From Polyangiales bacterium (lineage in GTDB: Bacteria > Myxococcota_A > Polyangia > Polyangiales > JADJQN01): a stretch of 64,000 bases of DNA. Of this stretch, positions 40,886-50,867 are shown piece by piece (position 1 is the first letter of the stretch; each line of letters starts with the position of its first letter). Where the stretch lies: contig CAXNJO010000002.1 in NCBI GenBank assembly GCA_964202905.1, positions 728,494 through 792,493 of the forward strand, in the 5' to 3' direction. A program made the translations under genes and the position numbers. The notes beneath the pieces are model-generated. The model was not told where the DNA came from and made no database searches. It worked only from the letters and a program-made list of their open reading frames with translations.

Positions 40886-43516
40886 ATGCGAGCGTCGCGA
40901 CCGATGCGCCGCCCCGTTTGCCTCCCTGCTCGCCCGATCCTGCTCATCCCCATCGTGCTCGCGCTTGCCCTCACAACAGCCCTCACGGGGTGTGGCGGCG
41001 ACGCACTCGTCCCCGCAGACGCAGCTGTTCCGGACACGGGGCCGCCCGACGCGGGGCCGCCCGACGCCGGCCCACCCTTCGTCGAACCGACCTTTCCGGG
41101 CCTGGGCGCAGAGGTCACAATCCTCCGTGATCACTCTGGAATCCCCCATATTTACGGGACCACCGACGGCGACGCGTTCTATGCGTCGGGCTACATGCAG
41201 GCGACCGATCGCCTTTTCCAGATGGACGTCATGCGGCGCCGCTCACTCGGCCGCCTCGCCGAGGTCTTCGGCCCCACCCGCCTCGACGACGACCGCACCT
41301 CTCGCCTCATGGCTCTCCCACGTTGGGGTCGGCTCTCGGCCGAGCGCGCGCGCGACGAGGCGCCAGACGAGTTCGCGCTCGTCACGGCCTGGGTCGCGGG
41401 CGTCAACGCGCGCATCGCGGAGATCGCCGCCGGCGACGCGCCGATGCCCTATGGCTTCACCGCCCTCGACTACGCGCCCGAACCCTGGTCCGTGCTCGAC
41501 GCGTTCGGCATCGGGCACACCATCCTCTTCAGCAACGCGAACACGCTCGAGTACGAGCTGCTGTCGACGGTCGTCCGCGATTTCCTGCCCGAGATCGACG
41601 GTTCCGTGCCCATCACGCAGGCCCTCGAGGACGCCTTCGTGCTCCCACCCGACGAGCGCCCCGCGGGTCGCGCGACGGCGCCCCTCACCAACGCGCCGCC
41701 TGCGCCGCCGCGCGCCCTGCCCGCCGACGCCCGCGCGCGCCTCGAGGACTTCGCGCAGCGCGCCGCGTCGTTCCGCTCGGGCGGCAGCAACAACTGGGCG
41801 GTCGCAGGCGCGCACACCGACAACGGCCGCCCGCTGATCGCCGGCGACCCCCACCAGCCGCTGCGCAGCCCGTCGCTGTTCTGGGCGCAGCATCTCAGCA
41901 GCCGCGAGGGCGGTGGCACGCTCGACGTCGTCGGGTTTTCCTTCGTGGGCTCGCCCGCGATCCAGCTCGGCCACAACCGCCGCCTCGCGTGGACGGCCAC
42001 GACGACCTACCCGGACACCATGGATTTGTGGGACGTCCGAGTGACGAGCGCGGGTGCGGAATTGGGCGGCGAGGTCGTCCCGGTACGCGAGCGCATCGAG
42101 GAGATCGCCGTGCGCGGCGCGCCGACGGAGCGCTACCGCGTGCGCGACGTGCCCGGCCATGGCGTGCTGCTACCCAACGACTTCGCGCCGGTGCCGCTCG
42201 TCGGTCCGGGGCGCGCGGTCCTCTTCCGCTGGGTGGGCTTCGCCGCGACGAACGAGGCGCGGCTCTTCCTCGCGATCGATCGCGCCGAGACGGTCGACGC
42301 CTTCGACGCGGCCGTGCGGACCTCGGAGATCGCGGCATTCAACTTCCTCGCCGCGGACGCATCAGGGCTCACGTACCGCATCGGCGTGCAGGTCCCCGAC
42401 CGCGGCGATCCCGCGCGCTTCACGCAGCCGCCGTGGAAGATGATGCGTGGCGACGACGCGTCGACGCTCTGGCGCCCGGGTGCCTTTCTTGCCACCGACG
42501 CGTTGCCACACAGCCGCGCCGAGGCGCGCGGCTGGATCGCCACCGCGAACAACGACCCGTACGGCTTCACGTCGAACGGGCGCTACGACGACGACCCCCT
42601 GTATTTCGGGGTGTTCTGGGATCCGGGCACCCGCGCGCGCCGCATCGAGGACGAGCTCGCGCGCCTCGTCGACCGCCCCGAGCCCGTCACGCGGGTCGAC
42701 ATGGAGACGCTGCAGGACGACACGCGCTCGTTGTTCGCGGACCGCATGCTCCCCTACCTCGCGCAGGCGATGACGCGTGTGTCGAGCGAACCGGCGCTCG
42801 CCGAGTGGCGCGACCGCACCGACCTCGTCGCGCTCGCGGACGCGCTCGCCGCGTGGGACCGCCGCATGGAGCGCGGCTCCCCGGAGGCGGTGATCTTCGA
42901 GGGATTCATGAACTTCCTCTGCTCTCAGGCGCTCGAGGACGACCTCTCGCTCGTCTACGGGCCGATCGCCTCGGGCGCGATGGGTGCGATCGCGCGCTAC
43001 ACGATCTTCGCGCTCGACGGCACGATCCCCGACACCGCGGGCCTGCTCGCCGAGGGACGGGACGTGCTCGCGCTCCGCGCGCTCGACCTCACCGCGACCT
43101 GGCTCACCGAGCGCTTCGGCGGCACCGACACCACGCTCTACACGTGGGGCGCCCTGCACGGCACCGTCTTCGACGGCGAGATCCCCGGCGACGCGCGCCT
43201 CGACGGCGGCTTCGAGCCGACGGACGGCAGCCACGGCACCGTGAACGTGTCCGAGACGACGTTCTTCGAAGAGGGCCGCCCGCGCGCGCGGCTCGACTCC
43301 GACAGCGGCGCCATCTACCGCATGGTCACGGCGTTCGAGAGCGACGGTACGCCCGCAGCACGGGTGCAGTTCCCGCGCGGCAACGCCGGCGAGCCCGACA
43401 GCCCGCACTGGGCCGACACCGTCGCGGACTGGCGCGATGGGCGCTATCGCCCGATGCACTTCCGACGCGCGGACGTCGAGGCCGATCTCGAGGAGCGCCT
43501 GACGCTGACCCCCTGA
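40886..43516 (+). CDS. Penicillin acylase family (Ntn hydrolase S45) lipoprotein
   Basis: Lipobox LTGC, RDHSGIPHIY, DRLFQMD, nucleophile GSNNWAV, DPH, TANN. Confidence 0.93.
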   Translation: MRASRPMRRPVCLPARPILLIPIVLALALTTALTGCGGDALVPADAAVPDTGPPDAGPPDAGPPFVEPTFPGLGAEVTILRDHSGIPHIYGTTDGDAFYASGYMQATDRLFQMDVMRRRSLGRLAEVFGPTRLDDDRTSRLMALPRWGRLSAERARDEAPDEFALVTAWVAGVNARIAEIAAGDAPMPYGFTALDYAPEPWSVLDAFGIGHTILFSNANTLEYELLSTVVRDFLPEIDGSVPITQALEDAFVLPPDERPAGRATAPLTNAPPAPPRALPADARARLEDFAQRAASFRSGGSNNWAVAGAHTDNGRPLIAGDPHQPLRSPSLFWAQHLSSREGGGTLDVVGFSFVGSPAIQLGHNRRLAWTATTTYPDTMDLWDVRVTSAGAELGGEVVPVRERIEEIAVRGAPTERYRVRDVPGHGVLLPNDFAPVPLVGPGRAVLFRWVGFAATNEARLFLAIDRAETVDAFDAAVRTSEIAAFNFLAADASGLTYRIGVQVPDRGDPARFTQPPWKMMRGDDASTLWRPGAFLATDALPHSRAEARGWIATANNDPYGFTSNGRYDDDPLYFGVFWDPGTRARRIEDELARLVDRPEPVTRVDMETLQDDTRSLFADRMLPYLAQAMTRVSSEPALAEWRDRTDLVALADALAAWDRRMERGSPEAVIFEGFMNFLCSQALEDDLSLVYGPIASGAMGAIARYTIFALDGTIPDTAGLLAEGRDVLALRALDLTATWLTERFGGTDTTLYTWGALHGTVFDGEIPGDARLDGGFEPTDGSHGTVNVSETTFFEEGRPRARLDSDSGAIYRMVTAFESDGTPAARVQFPRGNAGEPDSPHWADTVADWRDGRYRPMHFRRADVEADLEERLTLTP

Positions 43517-43572
43517 ACCGTGCGTCCTCGCGTGCGTGGCGCGGCACGCGCCCCGCGTCTATCTCGAGCCCG

Positions 43573-44106
43573 ATGCCCCACTTCGACGCCTCGACGGCCG
43601 AGCTGCTCGTGCACACCGCGCGCGAAGGCATGCTCGCGACGGTCGGGCACGACCTCGCGCTCGTTGCGACCTCGCTCACCCTCGACGTCGACGAGGCCGC
43701 CGGCACCGTCGAAGCGCGCATCGATCCGCGTGCGATCCGGCTCCGCGGCGCGGTGACCGATGGCGGGGTCGCCCTGAGGCCCCTCTCCGAGGCCGACACG
43801 CACAAGATCGAGGCGCACCTCCGGGACGACGTCCTCGAGGTCACGCGCTTCCCCGAGATCCGGTTCACCGGCCGCGTCGTGCGCGGCACGCCCAGCGGCG
43901 GTCACGTCGTCGAGGGCACGCTCACGCTGCACGGCCAAGCGTGCCCACTCACGCTCACGACCGAACGCGCGGGCGTCGTCGAGTCGGGCGAGGTCGCGCT
44001 CGACCAGCCGGACTTCGGCATCAAGCCTTTCCGCGCGATGCTCGGCGCGCTCCGCGTGCGCGGGCGCGTCGTCGTGAAGGTGCGGCTCCGCCACGCGCCC
44101 CCGTAA
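43573..44106 (+). CDS. YceI family protein
   Basis: VGHDL, VLE..RFPEIRF, GTLTLHG, QPDFGIKP. Confidence 0.85.
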   Translation: MPHFDASTAELLVHTAREGMLATVGHDLALVATSLTLDVDEAAGTVEARIDPRAIRLRGAVTDGGVALRPLSEADTHKIEAHLRDDVLEVTRFPEIRFTGRVVRGTPSGGHVVEGTLTLHGQACPLTLTTERAGVVESGEVALDQPDFGIKPFRAMLGALRVRGRVVVKVRLRHAPP

Positions 44107-44162
44107 CGGTCCGACGCCGCCGGCGACACACGGCGCCCGCATCGCGCGGGCAGGAGCCACGC

Positions 44163-44513
44163 ATGTCCCGACCGACCCTCTCCGCCGACAAGATCTCCCC
44201 CGCTGTCGCCGAGGCGCAGGCCAACTATCACCGCGCCCTCGTCGACACGGTCGCCACGACGGTCGCCCGCGACCCGTGGGTCGTCGTCGGCATGAAGCAG
44301 AACCCGGTCGTGAAGAAGGCTCGCAAGCTCCTCGCGGACGCGGGCATCGAGCCGACCTACCTCGAGTACGGCAGCTACCTCGGCGAGTGGAAGCCGCGCC
44401 TCGCCCTCAAACTCTGGGCGGGCTGGCCCACCTTCCCGATGGTCTTCCGCGACGGCGTGCTGCTCGGCGGCGCCGCCGAGCTCGAGAAGTACCTCGCCGA
44501 CGGCAAGCGCTGA
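44163..44513 (+). CDS. Glutaredoxin-like protein (no cysteines)
   Basis: WPTFPMVF.DG.L.GG glutaredoxin signature; QNPV at the active-site position. Confidence 0.8.
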   Translation: MSRPTLSADKISPAVAEAQANYHRALVDTVATTVARDPWVVVGMKQNPVVKKARKLLADAGIEPTYLEYGSYLGEWKPRLALKLWAGWPTFPMVFRDGVLLGGAAELEKYLADGKR

Positions 44514-44589
44514 GCGTCGCGGCGCGCGCGCCCGTGAGCGCCCCATGTCGATGTAAACATTGATTTTTTTCGACGCGCTCTGGCGCATC

Positions 44590-44709
44590 CGGGGCTCACC
44601 CACGTTGCGACAACGGGGCTCACCCACGTTGCGACAACGGGGCTCACCCACGTTGCGACAACGGGGCTCACCCACGTTGCGACAACGGGGCTCACCCACG
44701 TTGCGACAG
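44590..44709 (+). repeat. Tandem array, 5 x 24 bp CGGGGCTCACCCACGTTGCGACAA
   Basis: Units start at 44590, 44614, 44638, 44662 and 44686 (last has one mismatch); lies between convergent genes. Confidence 0.95.
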
Positions 44710-44759
44710 CGGTCGCGCACCAGCGCTGCGCTCGAGGCACTCACCCCGACGCGCAGCGC

Positions 44760-46640
44760 TCACTCGCCGAGGATGCGGTCGAGGTACGCGGGCGCGTCGC
44801 CGCAGAAGTGTGTCTCGGCGTAGCCGGGCTCGCCGGCACGCTCGCCGAGCGGCCGGGCGCTCCCCGTCTCCATGAGGCAACCTGGGTCGTCACCCGGGTC
44901 GTGGAAGGCGGTCGGCGGACCATCCGGCAGCGCGAGCCCAAGACTGTGGCCAAGCTCGTGCGCGGTCGTCTCACCGATGATCGACGCGAGCGCGCTGAGC
45001 GCCCGCGCGACGGCGGCGACCCGCGCGCGCGACCCAGTCCCGCGGAGTTCGGACAGGGTCGCGGGCGCCTCGCGCACCGGGTCGAAGATCGCGTCGAAGA
45101 GGGGCTCCGGCTCGGGCGAGCCGTTCGGGCGCGCGCCCGGCAGCCCCGGTCGCGCGGACCAGTAGAGCAGCGACTCCACGAACACGCCGCCGTAGCCCGC
45201 GTAGCCGTCGGCCTGCGTCTGGGCGTTCGCGCCGCCGATGCGGTCGAAGAGGCGCACGTTGCCGATGTCCTTGCCGGGGCTGTTGTCGTAGCCGAAGAGC
45301 CCCGTGCCATTCGGGTCGGTGCCGCCGATCTCCACGACCGCATAGCCCGCCTCACCGAAATCCTCCGGCCGCTCGAGGCGCACCTCGAGGTTCCAGCCTG
45401 CGTAGATCGCGTCGATGCGGGCCTTCACCCGCGACTCGATCTCCCCGTACGCCGCCGCGCCGAGCCCAAAGCGCGCGAGCAGCCCATAGAACTGCGGCAA
45501 AAAGCGCAGCCACACGACCTGCCGCGGCGCACCCAGGTTGAAGCGCACGACCGCGCGGTCGCCGACGAGTTCCTCCGTGCCGCGAATGGTCACGGGCACC
45601 GCCGTGCCGACGAGCGCGCCGCGCCGCACGCCGAAGAGCGCGGCGACCAGCTCCCCGTCGCGCACCGACGTGGAGACCTGCAAGCGGACGCGGTCGCCCG
45701 CGACGAACTGCGGCACGAGTTCCACCGGCCCGAACACCCGCCCCGCGCCCCCCGTCGGCGTGAACGTCCCCTCGATGCGCAGCAGCGTCGTCTCGTCGGG
45801 CCGATCCGCGCCGCCGAGAAAACCCGCGCCACGCACGTCGAGGAACTGCCCGAGCGTCGCCGTCATCGGCTCGAAACCCAGCGCGAGCGGCGGCCCGAAC
45901 GTGTACGCCGCGCGCAGCGCCCCCGAGACGCGCGGCGCGCTCCCGCCCGGCGCGACCTCGAGCGCGACCTCCCCGTCGAAATCGCCCGTGCGCAGGCCCC
46001 CCGCGAGGTCGGTCGTCAGCACGACGACGCCACGCAGGCGCGTGGTCGCCGACTCCGGCACGACCGGCAGCGCGAGATCGACGGCCGTCGCTGCACCGCC
46101 CGCGCTCGGGCGGAACGTCCCGCGGAAGCGCGCGACGCAGCGCCCCTCCCCGGGGAACAGCAGGCCCGCCGCGTCGAGCGTCACGCGCTCGTTGAACGTC
46201 ACCGGCCCCGTCGTGATGCGCGCGAGCGCGGGTGACACCCCGCGGGCGAGCTCCACGTCGATCGGGAGCGCGCGGCTCTCGAGCCCGTCGCCGACGAGCA
46301 CCGCGTCGAGCGCGAGCGCGCCCTCACCGAGCAGGTCGACGTCGTCGGCCGTGAGCACGAACGCCCGCGGCGCATCGGGCGCCGCCTCGAGCGCGGCGCG
46401 CGCCCCGCTCGCGTGCGTGAGCCGCAGACTGAATGGCGATTCAGCGGACGCGCCCGCCACCGTCGCGACGAGCCGGCTCCCCGGCAGGAGCGGCGTCGGA
46501 TAGGCGAGCGCGACGAGCGTCGGCGCGAGCCCGGAGGCCTTCGGCGCGCCGACGACGTCGCCAGAGCAACCGCCCGTCCACGCGGCGAGCGACGCCCACA
46601 GCCATGCGAGCGCCGCGAGCGCGCGCGCCCCGCGGCTCAC
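44760..46640 (-). CDS. Lipoprotein with a C-terminal zinc metalloprotease (HExxH) domain
   Basis: Lipobox-like TGGC; AHELGHSLGL...H...CLM; GTGA overlap with the upstream gene. Confidence 0.75.
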   Translation of the reverse strand: MSRGARALAALAWLWASLAAWTGGCSGDVVGAPKASGLAPTLVALAYPTPLLPGSRLVATVAGASAESPFSLRLTHASGARAALEAAPDAPRAFVLTADDVDLLGEGALALDAVLVGDGLESRALPIDVELARGVSPALARITTGPVTFNERVTLDAAGLLFPGEGRCVARFRGTFRPSAGGAATAVDLALPVVPESATTRLRGVVVLTTDLAGGLRTGDFDGEVALEVAPGGSAPRVSGALRAAYTFGPPLALGFEPMTATLGQFLDVRGAGFLGGADRPDETTLLRIEGTFTPTGGAGRVFGPVELVPQFVAGDRVRLQVSTSVRDGELVAALFGVRRGALVGTAVPVTIRGTEELVGDRAVVRFNLGAPRQVVWLRFLPQFYGLLARFGLGAAAYGEIESRVKARIDAIYAGWNLEVRLERPEDFGEAGYAVVEIGGTDPNGTGLFGYDNSPGKDIGNVRLFDRIGGANAQTQADGYAGYGGVFVESLLYWSARPGLPGARPNGSPEPEPLFDAIFDPVREAPATLSELRGTGSRARVAAVARALSALASIIGETTAHELGHSLGLALPDGPPTAFHDPGDDPGCLMETGSARPLGERAGEPGYAETHFCGDAPAYLDRILGE

Positions 46641-49123
46641 GGCACGCACAGGCGTTGCGACGTGCCGCCGACGTCCGTCACGCTGCGGCACGCGTAGCCG
46701 CCCGAGAGGCGGCACACCGAGTCGCTCGCGAGGCAGGAGACCGCGCACACGTTGGCGCCGCCGACCCGCGCGCAGAACGTGCCCGTCTCGCAGTCCGCGT
46801 TGCTCGCACACCCCGCGCGCGCGCAGTAGCCGCCCGTCGTCGCGAGGCAGGTGCGCTGACCGCCGCAGTCCGCGTAGCTCGTGCACGCCGCGCCGTTCGC
46901 GCCCGCGCCGCGCGCCGCGCAGAAGCGGCCCTCCGCGAACCACTTGCATGCCTCGCTCGCGCGGCAGTCGGTGTTCACGGTACAGGGCGCCGTGCACGCG
47001 CGCGGGGCGCTGCCCGGTCCGGCCGCCGGACAGGCGTACATCGAGGGGCAGGTCGATGCGCCCGTGCAGGCGGCCGCGACGCAGACGCTGCCATTGCAGA
47101 CCGTGCCCGCGGGGCAGCCGAGGGTCGACGTGCACGTCGTGCGCGCGACGAGCATCCGCTCGCCCACGTAATCGGACGTCGCGCCCATGTAGCCGTAGAC
47201 GCGGAGAACGTGCCGCCCGGGCGAGACGTCGACCGTGATCGTCTCGGTGTCGCCCACGCCGCGCGAGGACGCGATCACGGTCCCGTCCGGTCCGTAGAGT
47301 TCGAGGTCGAGATCCGCCGTCGCGTCGAAGACGATCGTCGCGGTGAGCGTCGAGGCGCTCGCGACGTCGACGGAGAGGAAGTCGTCGTCACGCGGGCACA
47401 CCGTGCCCTCGAACGTGGGCGCGGCGCTGCGCGGCGCGAGACGCGAATCGTCGGGCTCGAACGTGTCGTCGACGCAGCACGCGCCCGGCATCGTCACGGC
47501 CCGCAGCGCATAGCGCGGCGCGCCCGCGGTGCCGTAGCCGAAGACGCGCGCGTACACGGGGCCGGCCGCAGCGACGCAGATCCCGGCCGTCTCGGCATCC
47601 GCGATACCGGCACTCGTCGCGAGGATCGCACCCGTGTCGGAGACGAGCTGCAAGTCGAGGTCGCCGTCCGCGTGCACGAAGCCGTCGAGCGTCACGTCGA
47701 CGCGCGTGCTCGCGCCGACGGCGATGCGGTACCAGTCGCTGTCGCCCGAGCAGATGACACCCTCCGTGATCGGCGCAGTGAGGGCCGTCGCGGACGAGCG
47801 CGCGTCGTCCTCCTCGCGCGCGTCGTCGGTGCAGACGCCGAGCGACGAGCACGCCGCAGCGGCATCACCGCAGGCGTCCACGACCGCACCCTCGATGCGC
47901 GTGACCGCGCCGCAGGTGCTGCCCGAGGGACACGACACCCCTGCGCCGCTGCACCCCGCGAGACAACGCCCGCCGCCCGCGCCCGCCGCGCAGATCCCTG
48001 AGGCGCAGTCGAGCGACGCGGTGCACGCGACGCAGAGCCCGAGCGAGCCGCCGCCCGCGCCGCCGACCGCGACGATGGCGGCGAGCGCGGTCTCCGCGCG
48101 GTGATCGCACAGCGTGCCGGCCGCGTCGTCGTTGTCGGTGACGGTCGCGAGCAGCCACACGGTGCGCTCCTCGCCTTCGGCGAGCGCGATCGGCACACGC
48201 GCGCGGAACCGATCGCCGTCCGCGGCGAAGGGCACCTGCGCGAAGAGCGTGATGTCCGGGCGCGCAAGGTCGTCCGGCATGGTCGTCGTCCAGTAGAGCA
48301 GCGGCGCGTCGCGCAGCCCCTCGGCGTCGCTCGCGGTCGCGAGCACGTCGAAGCCCGCGGCCGTCGTCACGCGCGCGCCCTCGGCGGGCGAGACGAGCGC
48401 GACGATCGGGTCGGCGCCCGGACAATCGGTGCGCGCACCTGCGCGCAGCACCGCGACGAAATCCAGCGCGGTCGGGGGGTGATCGCCGTCGTCGGCCTTC
48501 AGCGCGATGGTCCAGCGCTCGGACGCCTCGATTTGATCGGGGGCCGGACACCACGAAAACACCGCGATTTTGGGCCCCGTCTGCTCGAGCACCGCGCCCA
48601 TCGGCAGGATCGAGCGCGGCCCGATGGTCACCGAGGCGGAGTCATCGTCGCGCACCTCGACGTCGAAGGCCACGCACGGCTCGCGCGTCAGGTCGAAGGT
48701 CGCGCCCGCGCCGGGCCGCAAGAAGACGGGCGCCGCGTCGGCCGCCGGTGTCACCATCACCGTGGTCGTCGCGCGGGCCGTCCCCGCCGACGACGTCGCG
48801 ACGAAGGTGAGCGCGTGCTCGCCCACGTGGCTGACGAGCGGCGTCCAGCGGAACTGCGCGCCGCGCGCGTCTCCCGCGAGGCTCGCGACGCGGTCGAAGC
48901 CCGGAAGGTCCGGGCCCGACACGGCCCAGCGCAGGGGCAGCGAGCCGGGGTTCTCGGCGACGAGGTCGATCGTGAGCGTCTCGTTCACCGCGACCGTGCG
49001 CGGCGCGACGGGCTCGAGGCTCGGGGGCGCCTCGTCATCCCCGCCGCACGCGGCGAGCGCGAGCGAGACGGTGAGCGCGAAGGCGAAGGAGGCAGGGAGG
49101 CGGGGTGTCGGGGTGTGGCGCAT
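46637..49123 (-). CDS. Lipoprotein with Ig-like, PPC and Cys-rich domains
   Basis: Lipobox LAAC; two D..E.DD...DW/F...DLDL.L PPC repeats; Cys-rich C-terminus. Confidence 0.8.
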   Translation of the reverse strand: MRHTPTPRLPASFAFALTVSLALAACGGDDEAPPSLEPVAPRTVAVNETLTIDLVAENPGSLPLRWAVSGPDLPGFDRVASLAGDARGAQFRWTPLVSHVGEHALTFVATSSAGTARATTTVMVTPAADAAPVFLRPGAGATFDLTREPCVAFDVEVRDDDSASVTIGPRSILPMGAVLEQTGPKIAVFSWCPAPDQIEASERWTIALKADDGDHPPTALDFVAVLRAGARTDCPGADPIVALVSPAEGARVTTAAGFDVLATASDAEGLRDAPLLYWTTTMPDDLARPDITLFAQVPFAADGDRFRARVPIALAEGEERTVWLLATVTDNDDAAGTLCDHRAETALAAIVAVGGAGGGSLGLCVACTASLDCASGICAAGAGGGRCLAGCSGAGVSCPSGSTCGAVTRIEGAVVDACGDAAAACSSLGVCTDDAREEDDARSSATALTAPITEGVICSGDSDWYRIAVGASTRVDVTLDGFVHADGDLDLQLVSDTGAILATSAGIADAETAGICVAAAGPVYARVFGYGTAGAPRYALRAVTMPGACCVDDTFEPDDSRLAPRSAAPTFEGTVCPRDDDFLSVDVASASTLTATIVFDATADLDLELYGPDGTVIASSRGVGDTETITVDVSPGRHVLRVYGYMGATSDYVGERMLVARTTCTSTLGCPAGTVCNGSVCVAAACTGASTCPSMYACPAAGPGSAPRACTAPCTVNTDCRASEACKWFAEGRFCAARGAGANGAACTSYADCGGQRTCLATTGGYCARAGCASNADCETGTFCARVGGANVCAVSCLASDSVCRLSGGYACRSVTDVGGTSQRLCVP

Positions 49124-49308
49124 GGGAAGGGTGGGCCCGCTCGGGGCGGGTCGCATTAGAGCACGCAGCGCCGCCCGCCGCGCGGGTTCGTCGCGAGGCG
49201 CGCGCGGGGCGGTCCGGCCCACCCCACGCGCCGGCCCACGCCACCACCGCGCCCCACCCCGCCGGACCGCCGCGTGCGTCTTCTGCTTGCCCGGCGCATG
49301 GTCGCGGC

Positions 49309-50778
49309 GTGCCTCCCCGCGCCGTGCCTCCCCGCGCCGAGCCTTCCAGGGTCCACGTCCGCAGCGCGTCGCGCGCCTTCGCCGCGGCGCTGCCCCTCGC
49401 CGCGGCGCTCGTCGGCAGCGTGCCGCTCACCGGTTGCAACCCCACCCACCTTGCGACATCCGACGCCGCCATCCCCGACGACAGCCCCACCCACGTTGCG
49501 ACATTCGACGCCGGCCCCGACGCCTCCGTCGGCGAACAGGCCGCGCTCGAGGCGCTGCTCGCGCGCCTGCGTGCGCCCGACGCCGACGCCGCCGCGCTCG
49601 ACGCGATCCTCGCCGACGTCGCGCTCACGGCGCGCTGGCCGCTTCCGCTCGCCGCCCAGCTCGTCTTCTTGACGCGCTGGGACGACGCACCGGGCGCCGT
49701 CGCACTGATCTCCGATCTCGACGCCTGGCGCGAAACGGCCCGCCCCGCCGAGCGCCTCGCGAGCGGCGTCCACCACCTCGTCGTGATCGCCCGCGCAGAC
49801 CTCTCCGCCCCGACCGCCGGCGCGAAGTACAAGTGGTGGAGCGCGCCCGCCGTCTTCCGCGCACCGCCCGAGGCGACGGCGCACGGCGACGACGCCTTCG
49901 GCCCGTTCGGCTACGTCGACCCGCCCACGGACACGGCGTGGCTCGAGCGCTTCCCCGCGTTTCGCTCGCGGCATCTCACCGAGTCCCGCGCCCTGCGCGC
50001 ACGCCTCCCGGCCGGCTTCGTCCCCCGGAGCGCCGCCGCGGCGACATCACGCGTCGTGCTCTTCCACGATGGCCAAAACGTCTTCGCGCCCGACGCGCCC
50101 TTCGGCGGCCTCCGCGCGGGCGAAGCGCTCGACACACCCGCCTTCCGCGACGTGGTCGCCCTCGCCGTCGACAACGCCCCTGATCGCTTCGACGCCTACA
50201 CCCCCGTGACCGACGACCTCGGCAGCGGCCCCGTCGGCGGCCGCGCCGACGCCTACCTCGCCCTCCTCGACGAAGAGGCCCTGCCCTTCTTCGCGGCCCG
50301 CTACGGCATCCCCATCCGCGGGGATGCCCTCGTCCTCGCGGGCGCCTCCCTCGGCGGCCTCGTCTCGCTCCACGCCACGCTCGCCGACGACACGCGCCAG
50401 GCCTGCGTCATCGCCATGTCTTCCACCATCGTCTGGGGCTCCATCGCCCCCGACGCCCCGCGCGGCCGCACCCTCCTCGACGCCTTCACCGCCCGCGGCC
50501 ACGGCGAAACGTCCCTCTACCTCGACTCCGGCGGCGGCCCCGGCAGCGGCTGCGTCGACACCGACGCCGACGGCCTCGCCGACGACGCGCCCGACGCCAC
50601 CGACAACTACTGCGAGACCACCCAACTCCGCGACGCCCTCGACGCGCTCGGCTACGACTTCGGCGTCGACCTCGCCCACTGGCACGAGCCCGACGCCCCC
50701 CACGCCGAATCCGCCTGGGCCGCCCGCCTCCCCCGCGCCCTCATCGCCTGCGCCGCGATGGGGTGGGTGGCGAGGTAG
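49309..50778 (+). CDS. Alpha/beta-hydrolase (putative esterase) lipoprotein
   Basis: Lipobox LTGC; FHDGQNVF, GASLGG nucleophile, LYLDSG, H.ESAW..R. Start GTG 49309 or 49324. Confidence 0.85.
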   Translation: MPPRAVPPRAEPSRVHVRSASRAFAAALPLAAALVGSVPLTGCNPTHLATSDAAIPDDSPTHVATFDAGPDASVGEQAALEALLARLRAPDADAAALDAILADVALTARWPLPLAAQLVFLTRWDDAPGAVALISDLDAWRETARPAERLASGVHHLVVIARADLSAPTAGAKYKWWSAPAVFRAPPEATAHGDDAFGPFGYVDPPTDTAWLERFPAFRSRHLTESRALRARLPAGFVPRSAAAATSRVVLFHDGQNVFAPDAPFGGLRAGEALDTPAFRDVVALAVDNAPDRFDAYTPVTDDLGSGPVGGRADAYLALLDEEALPFFAARYGIPIRGDALVLAGASLGGLVSLHATLADDTRQACVIAMSSTIVWGSIAPDAPRGRTLLDAFTARGHGETSLYLDSGGGPGSGCVDTDADGLADDAPDATDNYCETTQLRDALDALGYDFGVDLAHWHEPDAPHAESAWAARLPRALIACAAMGWVAR

Positions 50779-50867
50779 CATCCCCCGGCGCGCGCGTCCG
50801 CCGTCGCTTCGAGGGGGGGCCGTCCGGGGAAGGGTGAATCCGTCGTCCGGGCCGAGTCACCCGCGGC

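Noticed and set aside
44590..44709. CRISPR array
   Set aside because: Units are contiguous and identical with no spacers, and no cas genes are in the window
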